DNA of 64,000 bases from Liolophura sinensis. Lineage: Eukaryota. The notes beneath the pieces were generated by a model. It was given only the letters and a program-made list of their open reading frames with translations. It searched no databases and was not told where the DNA came from. The position numbers and the translations under genes were made by a program. Shown piece after piece: positions 12,022 through 24,477 of this stretch. Within the stretch, counting starts at the first letter, position 1; each line of letters opens with the position of its first letter. The stretch lies in the NCBI RefSeq assembly GCF_032854445.1, contig NC_088300.1, positions 60,534,969-60,598,968 on the forward strand, given 5' to 3'.

Positions 12022-12580
12022 TGAAACTTCATAATCTTGCCAAAAAATGCAATCAGCACTGTATTTACAAAATTTTATACTTGCACTCCTTCAACTGGGA
12101 TAAAATAAAAAAAAATTTGTTCTTTCTTTTTCCCCATGTGCAATTTTAAATTGGGATATAAAGTGAACCAAATTTAACAGAATTTCGTATTACCAAGCAA
12201 CATAACTCAGCTTAATTTAAACCTACATAACCATGGATAAGTGTCCTTCAAAAAGTCTATTGCTCTTCCAGGTCACTCCTCTGATCCAATCAATGCTTCA
12301 GAATCTCAACTCAGCACATCAGTCAACTCTGAACCTCTCCAAATAACAGTAGTCAGAGATTCAATGCTTCCAGGATGCTTATTAAGATTATGGATAGAGA
12401 CTGTCCTGGTTCAGACAGACTGCCAAATTTGATCAGCAAACACTGGGTATAAAATGACTCTGATGACCAGGAGATTAAGGGGAGACAACTGAGCTAAATA
12501 CTGAACATCATACTTTTACATACAAAATGTCACAAGGAACTTTGTGAAAGACACATGCATTATATTCAAAGAGAACAAAC

Positions 12581-12654
12581 CTTGGTTGGAAGCTGATATC
12601 ATATTCATGTAACTTGTCCTTGAAAGCATGCATCTCAGTGTCAAACTGGGAAAG
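12581..12654 (-). CDS. INPP5A: INPP5A-like internal exon
   Basis: Acceptor cttgtttttcag, with an alternative AG 9 nt downstream. Donor GTTTGT. Translation LSQFDTEMHAFKDKLHEYDISFQP(+AG) versus human LLEFDKELSVFKDRLYELDISFPP. It ends in phase 2, and the AG|T Ser codon is completed by the next exon. Confidence 0.75.
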
Positions 12655-14184
12655 CTGAAAAACAAGACAAATATTTAATAATGAGCCCAGATCCTAGGAT
12701 TGGATAGCAACGCTACCTACAGTTAACATGCATGAATATTTTTTCACCTGAAATGTGGCTGCTTAAGCATTTGATGCAACACTAAAAAATCTTCACTTCC
12801 TGTATTTTACCTAAAGTTTGGTATGGAAAAACGCAGTTTTAGATGCCCATAGAGGGCTTAAAATGATGACTTTCTGTTACCGACACTTACTTTTTCTGAC
12901 AATTGTAACTGTGAACTGGAGCAGATGTCCACATTATATCAACTCTATTGTCGTTTTTATTTTTTTCCCCTGCCCACCTTTCAATGAACTACTATGTTTG
13001 GATCCACTTTGGCTCCACTTTTGTTTCTTTAGTTGCTTAATGTGGTGCTGTTGACATTTTGTTGATCTTTCCAGCACCAGCGAGTAAGTCAGTGCTATCC
13101 AATGGCATAAGTTGTGACTGAAAAAACTTCTGGGTAATCAATCAGTTTTCACACTGAAGATATTAGAAGCTTGCAAGATCCATCTTTCTAAAGGAGACTC
13201 AAGAGACCCTCTACATGTAACAGTTACCACTTCTCTTACAAGTTCCTGTAAGAATAAAACCACATGGTACAAGTCCTGAACAATTCATTATCAGCCTTGA
13301 GTGCATAATGTTGATGTTGTAGTGATTTTAAGAGATGGGCTGTTCATTACAGACCATGAAGCCTCTTAACTCTGCCGCAATACCATAAAACTGCCACATA
13401 GTTTTATTGACCCTTTCCATGACCCTCTTTAGTACTGTCTAAAACGAGAGCCTGGAGTGCATTGTCTGATCTCCGTTAAGCTTTACTTCCGTTAAAAAAC
13501 GCAAATAAACCAATACAGGAGTAAACAATTTATCCATCCATTTGAGTCTGCCCATCCTATACATTACAGGGAAAACAAATGAAACTGGTAGCCCCAGAGA
13601 GCTAGCAACTGAAGCAGCCTCGTTCTGAGTATCAGCCTACATATTTTATCAATTATATATGGACACATGTACAGATATCATGCTGCTCTTACACATACAT
13701 ACATGTGAAATATTTAGGACACTGATATCAGCATCAGAATATAGAAGGAAAGTAACTCAGGATTTGTAATGATAGCACAAACATAATAGCTGAAATACAG
13801 AATGATAAAAGGACTTCAGTATTCAGCATTACTTTCCTTCTATCTTATGCAAAACTGATCTGTGGAACCACTGGTATCAGCGTCAGAATACAACATTACT
13901 GACTCCTTTTATTTGGGGAGAAGTTATTTTCATTAAAATGTCACAGTTACAATGTATCAGTAAGGTAGCCTTTCTAGCATTGTAAATGTACATGTACATA
14001 CAGGCTAACAAAAACCATCCAGTTTTTGAACAATGATAAAACCTCAGTCCACTTCCTCCAAACAATGCATATGGAAGAATATTACGAAACAATTCAATCT
14101 TCACCAGTTGCAGGGTTTCGCAAATGCTACAAATGTGGAAGCAGAGACAATTATTACTTTTTATTTTAATATATTTGGAGGGGG

Positions 14185-14212
14185 GGAAGAGGGAGGGGGG
14201 GGGGGGGTGTGC
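14185..14212. repeat. Poly-G / G-rich tract (gggggggaagagggagggggggggggggg)
   Basis: Homopolymeric G run. Similar G-runs followed by gtgtgctct.atccact occur at 16700-16745; plain G/C runs occur at 20650-20675 and 61281-61310. Confidence 0.8.
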
Positions 14213-15454
14213 TCTCTATCCACTGTTTACTGAAGCCAGGGATGTCAATATGTAAAGATATTGAAGTTAAAATGTTGAAGATTTCCTCAGAACTCTTCAT
14301 ATAATCTTTTCCTTTAATTCACTATCATAATTTAGGGAACTTTGTTCAAGATAATAAACTCAATATGTTTATCTGTAACACTGGCTGACTACACAAACTA
14401 CGATGTGACAGTTATTTTTCAATTACAGAGAGAAGAACGAACAAATGAGAGCATGTAGAGAAAACATCATTGCTAGAAGGCATGAGAAATACATCTGAAT
14501 TAATAACATCAATTGTCAGCATACACACACACACACAAACATGGATTTATCATTATGAAAGCTCAGGTTAAATTGTGCCTTTGCTCCGTAAAGCGTCTGT
14601 GTATTGAGTATGTGTTAACCAAATCATCTGTTAATCAATGTTCCCTCTGACAGATTTTCTCAAGCAGGGCAGAAAGTGTTTGGTGAAAAAAGAATAAATG
14701 TTAGCTAAGGGTTTCCATGAAAGAACTATAAAACTGATCCAAGCTAAAGCTCTTGAGGTAATAAAATTAGGGCGTGTATGAACAGCTGTTGTGATTCTGC
14801 AAACTGCTCAGCATCATGCATGCACACACACGCACACACAGAAGAATTTAGAGTTATGTGTACAGAAATCACCAGCAGATGGATGGGCTCCCGAGACACC
14901 CTGCCCACACTCAGGTGAGGTCAGCTCAGGTAAGGGCCACGCAAATCATTAACGAGCTAATAAATCTATACCTGTCAGGTGAAATCAATACTAAGGTATA
15001 ACTGTGCAAGGCTGAAGTAGAAGCAGGTCGAAATCCAATTTATTCTACAGGTAATCGGGCTTAGTTCAAAGGCATGGATTGACGTCATTAGAGGTAATTG
15101 AAGGTGTGACATGTACCCTCCGCGCCCTCATGATTGGGTATTACATCTCGGGACACGAGATTACAGTCTATTTTCCACCCACCTAAAAACAGATGGTAAC
15201 TGAAAAAGCTCCCACAGAGGGCAGATTATTCACTCAAGAGCATGTATAGCTCCTTATCTTAATGCCACTTAATTAAACATGATTGCCGAGACAACATGCA
15301 CCTAAGAACAACAGCTACTGCTTGAAAATGAATCCCAAATCCAATTACATGTCTTTGAAAGGTCTGTGGCCTGTAGGCAGTAGGCTATACTTTGCTCAGA
15401 CCGTACTCCAATGTTAAAATTTTATTATGAACTGTATTGAGTGGAAAATGTCTA

Positions 15455-15560
15455 TTCATTTTATTTGATTGGTGTTTTACCCCGTACTCAAGAATATTTC
15501 CCTTATTATACGATATTGGCCAGCACTATGGTGAGTGGAAACCAAGCAGCATGTTAGTCT
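15455..15560 (-). mobile_element. SINE-A copy, 5'-truncated, inverted relative to the 15735-15905 copy
   Basis: The reverse complement carries ...ccatagtgctggccaatatcgtataataagggaaatattcttgagtacggggtaaaacaccaatcaaataaa. Confidence 0.7.
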
Positions 15561-15734
15561 AAATTCTGCTGGCAAGAATGCGTGAAACAAGGGAGTACAA
15601 ATAATAGTCTTTCTATAGAGATACATACTCGTCATACAGATTTCATGGATCTTTTTGTCTCATTTCACTGTACTATACTTTTTCATGTATTCAGTTAATA
15701 TGATCCTATATCCACACAGCATACATGTACATAT

Positions 15735-15905
15735 GTTTCATTTCCTCTCCGGCCGTATGTGGGAAGGTCTGTCAGCAACCTGCGGATGGTTGTGGGTTTC
15801 CCTAGGGCTCTGCTCGTTTCCTCCCACCATAATGCTGGCCGTTGTCGTATAAGTGAAACATTCTTGAGTACGGTGTAAAACACCAATCAAATAAACAAAT
15901 AAACA
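15735..15905 (+). mobile_element. SINE-A copy (tRNA-derived SINE, body plus conserved tail)
   Basis: ...ggaaggtctgtcagcaacctgcggatggttgtgggtttccctagggctctgctcgtttcctcccaccataatgctggccgttgtcgtataagtgaaacattcttgagtacggtgtaaaacaccaatcaaataaacaaataaa. Confidence 0.8.
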
Positions 15906-16369
15906 AATACATATATTTCATACATGCAATGGTTATATGCAGCCCAGAAAACCCATGTTTAAGTCCACCCAAATTTCATCGCAAAGGCCTTCAGAATATA
16001 AAAAAGTTTATAATCTACCTGGGTGACACTTACAAGTGTCAATCAAACCAGGAAATGTAAACAGATAAAAATTACATAACAAGAAGCCTGTTCATAACAA
16101 ATCATATTTCATAACTTTTCAGGACCTTTAAAGTGATAAAGTTTATCAGAAACACTGATAGCTAGAAAAACTACTTAAAAATGAAAGAGTGTAATTCACT
16201 CGAGCTATTTCCAGAAACCAATGGACTTTTAAACGCATGTGAAAATCAACCAGACATAGTTACCCATTTGCCATTGCTGCTGAATACTTCAGAGTGTCTT
16301 TCATGGTGATCAAATGCTTTGGTTTCTATGGTGAGAAGGATCTGAAATAATGGATTCAACAATACATTT

Positions 16370-16610
16370 TCTTGGTTTTTTACATCGTACTCAACAATTT
16401 TTCAGTCATTTGGTGTGTGTACATATACTTCACGTGGCACCGCAAGTCCATTCTGCCAAAGTGTTGCTGCTACTGAAGTATCATGCCAAAGACATCAGAC
16501 ACGACGCTTCACCCAGTCACATTATACTGACACCGGGCCAGCCATCCGATTTCCTTGCTCTATCCTCTCAGAGCTGAGCGCTAAGCATCAAGTCTGATTT
16601 TGAACGCTTT
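16370..16610 (-). mobile_element. SINE-B subfamily B2 copy
   Basis: Sequence tttttacatcgtactcaacaatttttcagtcat...gtgtgtgtacatatacttcacgtggcaccgcaagtcc...cattatactgacaccgggccagccatccgatttccttgctct. Confidence 0.7.
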
Positions 16611-17229
16611 CGGTATAGCCCAACCTAACACGTCAACATTAAATCATCGTGATACAAATTTATCTAGAATAACTCATGACCACTAGCTTCTGACCACTTG
16701 GGGGGGGGGGGGGGGAGGGAATGTGCTCTAATCCACTTTTAAATGACTTGGTGCTGGCCTTGAGTCAGCAAGTTTGCAGAATAACGGGTACAATGTATTC
16801 TGCAAGATAAGCTGATTTCCTACACATATACTTCAAACCTTATACAGTCCTAGAAGTGAAATAATCCTGAGCATGGCCTAAAACACCAATCAAACAACAA
16901 TATTTTTTTCATTTATTTCACTGTTCAATGCTAAATGCAAGAATATTTCATTTATATAATGATAGCTAGTGTTACGGGTGGAAGAAATCAGAGTGCTTGC
17001 AAGGGGTATCCCACAGACCCATGACAAATACACACAGCAGACAACCTTCGTCACACATGATATTAAGATATACACCCCACATCGATGGAAAGCAGTGGTC
17101 ATCAACAAACGTTAGACTACACAAATGGCCGCACAAACGTTGTTGACAGGTTAGTGTCATCCCTTGCCATACACAAAGAGAGCAAGGAACGGAATCCACA
17201 AGTAGCTAAACAGATCCATCACATAAATT

Positions 17230-17410
17230 ACAACTGATATTTATTTATCTCATTGGTGTTTTATGCCTTACTCAAGAATATTTCACTTATACAACGGCTG
17301 CCAGCATTCTACGACGGCTACTATTCTGGTGGGAGGAAACCAGGCAGAGCCTGGGGGAAACCCACAACCATCCGCAGGTTGCTGCAGACATACAGCTGGA
17401 AAGGAAGCCA
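17230..17410 (-). mobile_element. SINE-A copy
   Basis: The reverse complement matches the family body and tail (cctgcggatggttgtgggtttcccccaggctctgcctggtttcctcccaccagaatagtagccgtcgtagaatgctggcagccgttgtataagtgaaatattcttgagtaaggcataaaacaccaatgag...). Confidence 0.8.
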
Positions 17411-17955
17411 TACAACTGATGTTAAAGTCACCACAAGTGTATCATTTAGGGTGTATTCATTGTTGTACTGCCTTTCTTAATATCACAGAAAGAAATCTGA
17501 AGCTTATTATTTGTAATCTGATATCATCATGATCATGATCATGGTCCCGGGTTCTTGTCATTGTTCACATCTCACCTTGCCATTGTTGTCCTCATCAGTG
17601 TAAACGATCTTGCTCAGCTGGTCTTTGTTCCCTTTCTGGTGGTGAACTTTGGCTTTATTTGTTAATTCCTGCTCAAATAAAAAGACTATTCTGAAATAGC
17701 ATTTAACACCATAATTGGGAACATTTTATACAAGTGTAGCACATACACGTACTCAATTAAAACGAATGTTTGTAATGTAAAAAAGACACAAAACATACCT
17801 GCACAAGATATCTTATATCAAGGCGGAAATTGAAATCCCCAAATATAAAAAGAGGGACCTTTTCATACTTGTCATTTTCAAATCTGAAAACAAAAAGATA
17901 AAATGGCCATCACAATATTAATATGGATAACTGTTTCCTGAAATTCAGATTCATG

Positions 17956-18106
17956 CTGGTGTGAGTTGAGGTAGCCATCTTTAGAATTTTATCCAATCAA
18001 ACATGTTGCCCGGCCTAAGCTGTGATGCAGCCTTTGTCCAATCACTCCTTGAAGTGACATATGAGAACACAGAACTACTAAAGATGTCATTTTGAGATCG
18101 TTTACA
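17956..18106 (+). repeat. Upstream copy of a roughly 150-bp direct repeat pair (TRIM-like, TG...CA ends)
   Basis: Near-identical to 19101-19257: gctggtgtgagttgaggtagccatctttagaattttatcc.atcaaacatgttgcccggcctaagctgtgatgcagcc...gatcgtttaca. The pair lies in direct orientation about 1.0 kb apart. Confidence 0.6.
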
Positions 18107-19100
18107 GAAATTAAAAATATCAACCTAATCAATAATTCACTTGTTACTTCATTACTTGGAATTATTGTACGAGACACACTTGAAAACAAAGGTATAATAC
18201 TGTTAATTAATACGACTTTAAAAATGAAAGTAAATTATTGCAATTTTACCCCACTATGAATTAACCATAAAATCTGATGACAAATGCATAACTCTAGCTA
18301 TAATTTTTTTTATCTAAAGAGCCAACATTCCAATGTTGACACTAATAGGCAGGCTAGCCAGTTCACTAATCTGATTTCGCAATAAGGAACGGTGATCCCA
18401 TCAAAGTAGCACTGTAATGGAATCACAAACGTGGAGCTCATTAGCGTGTCATAACATATTGATCTTCTTGTGTCCTGCAACTAAGCAGAAGACAAGCAAA
18501 CTATTAGCTGGAACGGCAAAACAAGGCAGGCAAAATGAGGACAGAAAACGCCTTGAGAAGTGGAGACAAATTTAACCCTTAAATAGCAAGGTTTGCCCCA
18601 TGTGCTCAGTAACAGTCCGTTTGATCCAGGGGGAATGCTTAGGCAGATGACTGAATGACCAGTGGTTGACCTTAAAACACTGGTCATTAGAGGAGTGAAC
18701 ATTTGAGACTGATCCTGATGGCAGATGACCTCTATTTGTCTGTTAAACTATCACCATTAAGGTTCGATTTATGAGGCACTAAATTGGCCAACCATTTTGG
18801 CTCTAGGGATAATCTCCATTCCATGAGGCCTGGTAGTGCAATTTGGAAAGGGACAATTAAGCTGGAGACTTAAGAAGGGTATTTTCTTGGAACGACTTGG
18901 AGAGACCCATGTCCCAGTATCATGAAGCATTGTCTTAGACTTGAGTCAGATTTAGTCTTAAAGGACAAGACAGCACCTGGCTAAAATATATTTCAATCGA
19001 AAGGAGGATATTCAAGCTTTCCAGAAAGTATCATAGTTTATTATTTTAATGAGATTTCAGTGAATAACATGTAGAACAAAATGACAATACTGCACAAAGG

Positions 19101-19257
19101 GCTGGTGTGAGTTGAGGTAGCCATCTTTAGAATTTTATCCTATCAAACATGTTGCCCGGCCTAAGCTGTGATGCAGCCTTTGTCCAATCACTCCTTGAAG
19201 TGACATATGAGAACACAGAACTACTACTTAAGATGTCATTTTGAGATCGTTTACAAG
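19101..19257 (+). repeat. Downstream copy of the roughly 150-bp direct repeat pair
   Basis: See 17956-18106. It is preceded by the purine run acaaaggg. Confidence 0.6.
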
Positions 19258-19322
19258 GGCCATTTGACAAAGTGTTGTGCCATGTCACAAAGTGTCGTGC
19301 CATTTCACAAAGTGTCGTGGGG
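19258..19322. repeat. Short tandem repeat, roughly 21-bp unit (gccatttcacaaagtgtcgtg), 3 copies
   Basis: Sequence gccatttgacaaagtgttgtgccatgtcacaaagtgtcgtgccatttcacaaagtgtcgtgg. Confidence 0.8.
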
Positions 19323-21769
19323 CCTGACTGTATCATTTACTGACCACCACAGATGTAAAATCAGTTCATTTACAAGCCATGTAATAATCAACAACTATCA
19401 CAAATTATACCAGACAGTAGCATACCGTCTCGGCCCAAACTGCATTCATCTCCCCATACACATTTTTTGTCCTTCATTTCAGTGTCTAGTCAACAGTTTC
19501 TAAATAACAAATATCAGAGTCAGTGCAAAATTCATTAGGGATGCCGAAAGTTTATGGGAATGAGAAGACGGCACCTCACCGGACAACGCTTAAAATTAAT
19601 TAAATCTTATGATATAATTTTTCCTTCTCTGGATTTATTACTGAAGAATTTAAATTTTACTCCTGCTTCTTTGTCGCATACAAGGGATGTTCTTTCTGTT
19701 TTCTTTGACAAAATACAGTAAAATTATTGAAATGCTGTGTTCAAGCCGATGTGCTTTCTCTGACGTCCGCAATAACCAGGTCAGCACTGCTTTCATCTTA
19801 CAAAATGGAAGTATACAATCCAGTTGAATGCACAGATCAGCCTCAATAGTGCTTAGATTTATTTCCATTTGTTTGAGAATTGAACATGAGTCTAGTATGT
19901 CTTCCAGTATGTGCAATTTCCAAGAAAACTATTCATCACTTGGGCCTTCATTGTCGAGGTCCACAGTTTTTATCTGCAATGGGCTACTGCTTAGACTATT
20001 GTACAGAAAATACCTTTGACGTTAGAGAGCTAGAGTTAACGTGACCCCACCTTGTTCTCAATAATGGAGATGTGCTGATTCCGTGTCAACATAAAATTTC
20101 ACTTAATTTTTACTGGGTTGAAAAAAGTCTTAAAAAAATATTTAATGTCGGTTTAAGATACTTTGAATGGTAGTCCTTCAGCGGACATAAACATTAGCCA
20201 GGTGCTGTCTTTCACTTTAACTTGCGATAATATTCCTGAATTTATATTTCAGCTTTTGATTTTTAAATTTTTCAAGAAAGCTTAGGAAAACTCTTGGTAT
20301 CACCATAAAAATCTGTCAGGTAATTATAATCAAAAATAATACAAAAATAACAGTTTATACTTTGGTATCTGAAACTCAACACACATGTGACATTATTTGT
20401 TAGAAGGCCACTACACAAAAAAAATCTACCCTAAGAAAATCATTTAACAGTGTAAAAAAGTCTTTAAAATGACCTCAGAAACTACATGCATCACTACTGG
20501 TCCTTCCATATTTGACACCCAGAATTCCACATAGCTCACCTTTGGAGAGTGTGCATAAGAGCTTGTTGTCGGTTACCACAGTAGAGAGAAGGACTCTGAA
20601 AACGAGGAGATATATTAATTATATTAATTATTCCTTTGGTTTTTTTTTTTGGGTTTTTATTGGGGGGGGGGGGGTGTATTGCTTTCCTTTTTATTTTTTT
20701 CGGAGAGGGGTGAGGGCAGTATATTCCTCAGAAGATCTCACATTCTCATATTCTCAGTCTTTTTGCTCTCCCATTGCCAACATATGTATAGTGCTGCTTC
20801 AATGGAACAACATGCTGAGGACACCGCCCATGTCGCATCTGGTACAGTACAGTTGACTACTAGAAGCACCTGATATCTATCACTTGACATCGATTGCCAG
20901 GTGAGTTAGAACCAAGATTAAAACTTCCAGTCTTTAAGGTATGACTCATGCATACATGGGCTGAACTCAGGTCTTCAAACATAACTTATGTACATGTATG
21001 TACAAATTTATATAAAACTATATAATTATGCAAATAATCTATATACAGAAATATGGAAAGGACTGCCACACTGTTTCTCTGTCTTCATCATTGGGCAGAA
21101 GACAGCAGCATTTCATGCTACATGTAGGTGCATTAATGTAACAATAAATTAATTTAAATGCAGATTACAACTTGCAATTTGTTAATGTGAGGGTGCACAC
21201 TCAACACCTGAGAAATGAATGTATTACATATTAAACACTTTTTTCACCACATTTACAGAATATTTCTGAATTTTTTGGACCCAAGGAACATGAGGTTTAG
21301 AACCACAATAAAATTTACTGGAATTAATTTAAATAATTCCATTACTTGATATGTATACCCATAGTTTTGTATCCTAATCAGAAAGCATTTCACACTGTAT
21401 AGCCTGAAGCATTTTCATTTCCATATTAAAGGCCAATTTGAAGCATGACCAATACATCTATAAACAAAATAAGATCACAAAAGTTAGAAGCCACCACTTT
21501 TCAATAAAACACTGGATACAAAACTTGATTTTCCAATATTGCAGATGATTTTTCCATATTGTCTATTTCTTACGAAAACTTGCATTATTCATAGCATGGA
21601 TCTTTGTGAAGTTCTAGTAATTTCCAGATTGAAAACTTTGCTGGTGGGGGCTATTATCTACATGCTGGTAGTATGACAATGTTTTAGTAATGTGAACATC
21701 TATGTGATACACTGTACAAATAATCCATAAATGTGCAGCTGGTAAGTAGACACTTCAACTCAAATGCAG

Positions 21770-22860
21770 GAGGAGTCTTGGTGACCAAGGTGGTTAGCAA
21801 TGACCCAGGAGCCTCAGTGGCTGAGGTGGTTAGCAATGATCCAGAAGACTCAGTGACCGAGGTGGTCAGCAAAGACCCAGGAGCCTCAGACGCCAAGGGG
21901 GTTAGCAATGACCCAGAAGACTCGGTTGCCAAGGTGGTTAGCAATGACCCAGGAGCCTCAGTGACCGAGGTGGTTAGCAATGACCCAGAAGACTCAGTGA
22001 CCGAGGTGGTTAGCAATGACCCAGGAGCCTCAGTGAGCGAGGTGGTTAGCAATGACCCAGAAGACTCAAGTGACTGAGGTGGTTAGCAATGACCCAGGAG
22101 CCTCAGTGACCAAGGTGGTCAGCAAGGACCCAGGAGCCTCAGTGACCGAGGTGGTCAGCAATGACCCAGGAGCCTCAGTCGCCAAGGCGGTTAGCACTGA
22201 CCCAGGAGCCTCAGTGACCGAGGTGGTTAGCAATGACCCAGAAGACTCAGTGATCAAGGTGGTTAGTAATGGCCCAGAAGACTCAGTGACCAAGGTGGTT
22301 AGCAATGACCCAGGAGACTCAGTGACCAAGGTGGTTAGCAATGACCCAGAAGGCTCAGTGAACAAAGTGGTTAGCAATGACCCAGGAGCCTCAGTGACCG
22401 AGGTGGTTAGCAATGACCCAGAAGACTCAGTGACCGAGGTGGTTAGCAATGACCCAGGAGCCTCAGTGACCGAGGTGGTTAGCAATGACCCAAAAGACTC
22501 AGTGACCGAGGTAGTTAGCAATGACCCAGGAGCCTCAGTGGCCGAGGTGGTTAGCAATGACCCAGGAGCCTCAGTGACCGAGGTGGTTAGCAATGACCCA
22601 AAAGACTCAGTGACCGAGGTGGTTAGCAATGACCAAGCAGACTCAGTGACCAAGGTGGTTAGCAATGACCCAGGAGCCTAGTGACCAAGGTGGTTAGCAA
22701 TGACCCAGGAGCCTCAGTGACCGAGGTGGTTAGCAATGACCAAGCAGACTCAGTGACCAAGGTGGTTAGCAATGACCCAGGAGCCTCAGTGACCAAGGTG
22801 GTTAGCAATGACCCAGGAGCCTGAGTGACCGAGGTGGTTAGCAATGACCCAGGAGCCTCA
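21770..22860 (+). repeat. Satellite array of about 30 tandem 36-bp units (ggtggttagcaatgacccaggagcctcagtgaccga), derived from an internal SINE-A segment
   Basis: Period of 36 nt with minor variants (ccagaagactc / ccaggagcctc). The unit is similar to the SINE-A internal region gttagca..caatgacccaggagcgtctcacc. The array runs directly into a SINE-A body and tail at 22861-23010. Confidence 0.9.
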
Positions 22861-23010
22861 AGTCCAGCTCATGCTGGCTTCCTCTCTGCCCGTAAGTAGG
22901 AAGGTCTGCCAGGAACCTGCAGATGGTCGTGGATTCCCACAGTCTACCACAGTCATATATGTGAAATATTCTTGAGAACTGTGTAAAAACACCATTGAAA
23001 TAAATAAATT
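22861..23010 (+). mobile_element. SINE-A body and tail contiguous with the 36-bp satellite
   Basis: Sequence agtccagctcatgctggcttcctct...gtgaaatattcttgagaactgtgtaaaaacaccattgaaataaataaa matches the family consensus seen at 15735-15905 and 63878-64000. Confidence 0.8.
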
Positions 23011-24477
23011 TATAAAATGCAAGACAACTATGTGTTAGTCAAATTAATGACTAAATATACATGTAAACATTTTGTTTATTTAGATTTGCAACAAGGCATA
23101 ATAAGTACTGGTAATCATCCACAATCCTAGTTAGGTAAAACAATACTTACAGGACTGCATGGCCACGATGTTAGAGGCATCATGAAACAAGTGTATGTTC
23201 ACCAGGTCAAAAACACTGAAAGTAAAGATTTCAAAACCACGAATAACAAGGCTATATCACAGGGCTAAAAGTAGATTTGGAGAATGGAGAATGAAGAATG
23301 AAATAAACAATAATGGCCACATCAGCAATATTTCAGTGATATCATGGTGGACTTGAATGGAGAAGATTAAAGCCAAATAGATTTATTTACTTGATTGGTG
23401 TTAAATGCTGTGCTCAGGAAGTTTGCACTTGAGCAATAAATATAAGATCTAAGGTCAAAGGAAACTGATGTGCCCAGAGTAAACCTTAGCCTTAAGCCAG
23501 GCAACCGGGACCTTAACTTTATTTATTTAATTATTTAAGTGTATTTATTTCATTGGTGTCTCTATGTCTGAAAACAGGAATGTTCCAATTAAATTATAAA
23601 TCTCTTATTCCTACATGTACCAAATGTACCTAACAAATGTCCTGACATTAGATGCTGAAGAACCCGCAAGACCTGGATTGTAACTCAATGCTTGGTAGTG
23701 AATCCAGAGTGGCTAGAACTAAGCTGTAGTCCAATCAACCAAGGGGCCGATCCCACTTAAGTCTGACTTAAGTTGAATTATGATCTGAAAGCTTGTTTTT
23801 TGGGCTTTAGAAGTTAAAATTTTGCCAGTCCATACCTGTTATTGATATTCCACCTTGTTCTTAAGAATCCTTTTCTAGACCACTTGAACTACGGAAAAAA
23901 ATTATCAAAGGCTTCATAAATTACAGGTGAGTACCTAACACCAAATCACAAAAATTCTATGTCTAATGAAATGTCTAATATAATAATCCAATTCATATCA
24001 AGTAATAAATACACTATACCTAGAAGATAACAATTTAAGAGTGTAAATCCTTTGATTTGTAAGTCTTTGATGTGGACAAATCTGTGGGTACATGATGTAT
24101 AGGTCCTTAGGAAATCAGACATGCAGACATTAAAGTAAGAATTAGGGTTATTGTCTGGGAAATGTATACCGTTTATACTGTGGAGAAGTGACTTACTTAT
24201 ATTCTTTCAGTCCATTGCTTCATGGAAGAACAGTAGTTAAGTTATTTACAGTGCTATTCATAAATACTCCTATTAGAACACAATGAACTGGGTTAAGCTC
24301 AATATGTACACAAATAAATAAGGCAGTACTCTTTATCAATGTCACGTACTGTTAACCTAGTCCTCAACTCATAATTTATGCCAGAAGCATTACAATGGCA
24401 TTTTTGCAAGAAGATACATTACATAATTTCTTACTGATTAAACCACATGACCTAAATAACATACACAACACACCTAC

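Noticed and set aside
11403-12149. Long plus-strand ORFs (248, 157 and 142 aa; ...MSCITYTYTKLQCHVLHTHTQSFNVMYYIHIHKAS...)
   Set aside because: They lie entirely inside the 35-bp minisatellite, with a period compatible with frame preservation. The repetitive peptide reflects the array and is not a gene.
16890-17199. Minus-strand ORFs (72 and 75 aa) with NIHLFH-like and WCDR-like residues
   Set aside because: They lie in inverted SINE-A tail fragments (16865-16990). No splice context.
17989-18189. Minus-strand ORF with ...NEVTSELLIRLIFLISVNDLKMT resembling INPP5A NEVVKLIFRESDNDRKV
   Set aside because: Half of the match lies inside the 150-bp direct repeat also found at 19101-19257. The remainder is AT-rich low complexity. 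Considered a chance match.
19650-19916. Minus-strand 88-aa ORF with ...EINLSTIEADLCIQLDCILPF followed by a GTAAGA donor, weakly resembling INPP5A ELSVFKDRLYELDISFPP
   Set aside because: A better match for that segment exists at 12581-12654. This ORF would also be out of order: it lies 5' of exons that encode earlier residues. Its donor phase (1) cannot join the YPFSED exon (needs phase 2).
21684-22844. ORFs of 114-209 aa on both strands (VVSNDPGASVTE... / SLLTTSVTEAPG...)
   Set aside because: They are produced by the stop-free 36-bp satellite read in both directions, with no start or splice context. Treated as an artefact.
5525-22860. Tandem arrays considered as possible CRISPR-like structures
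   Set aside because: The repeats are contiguous with no unique spacers. The sequence context is clearly eukaryotic, with spliced genes, SINEs and LTR elements. No cas-like coding potential is present.
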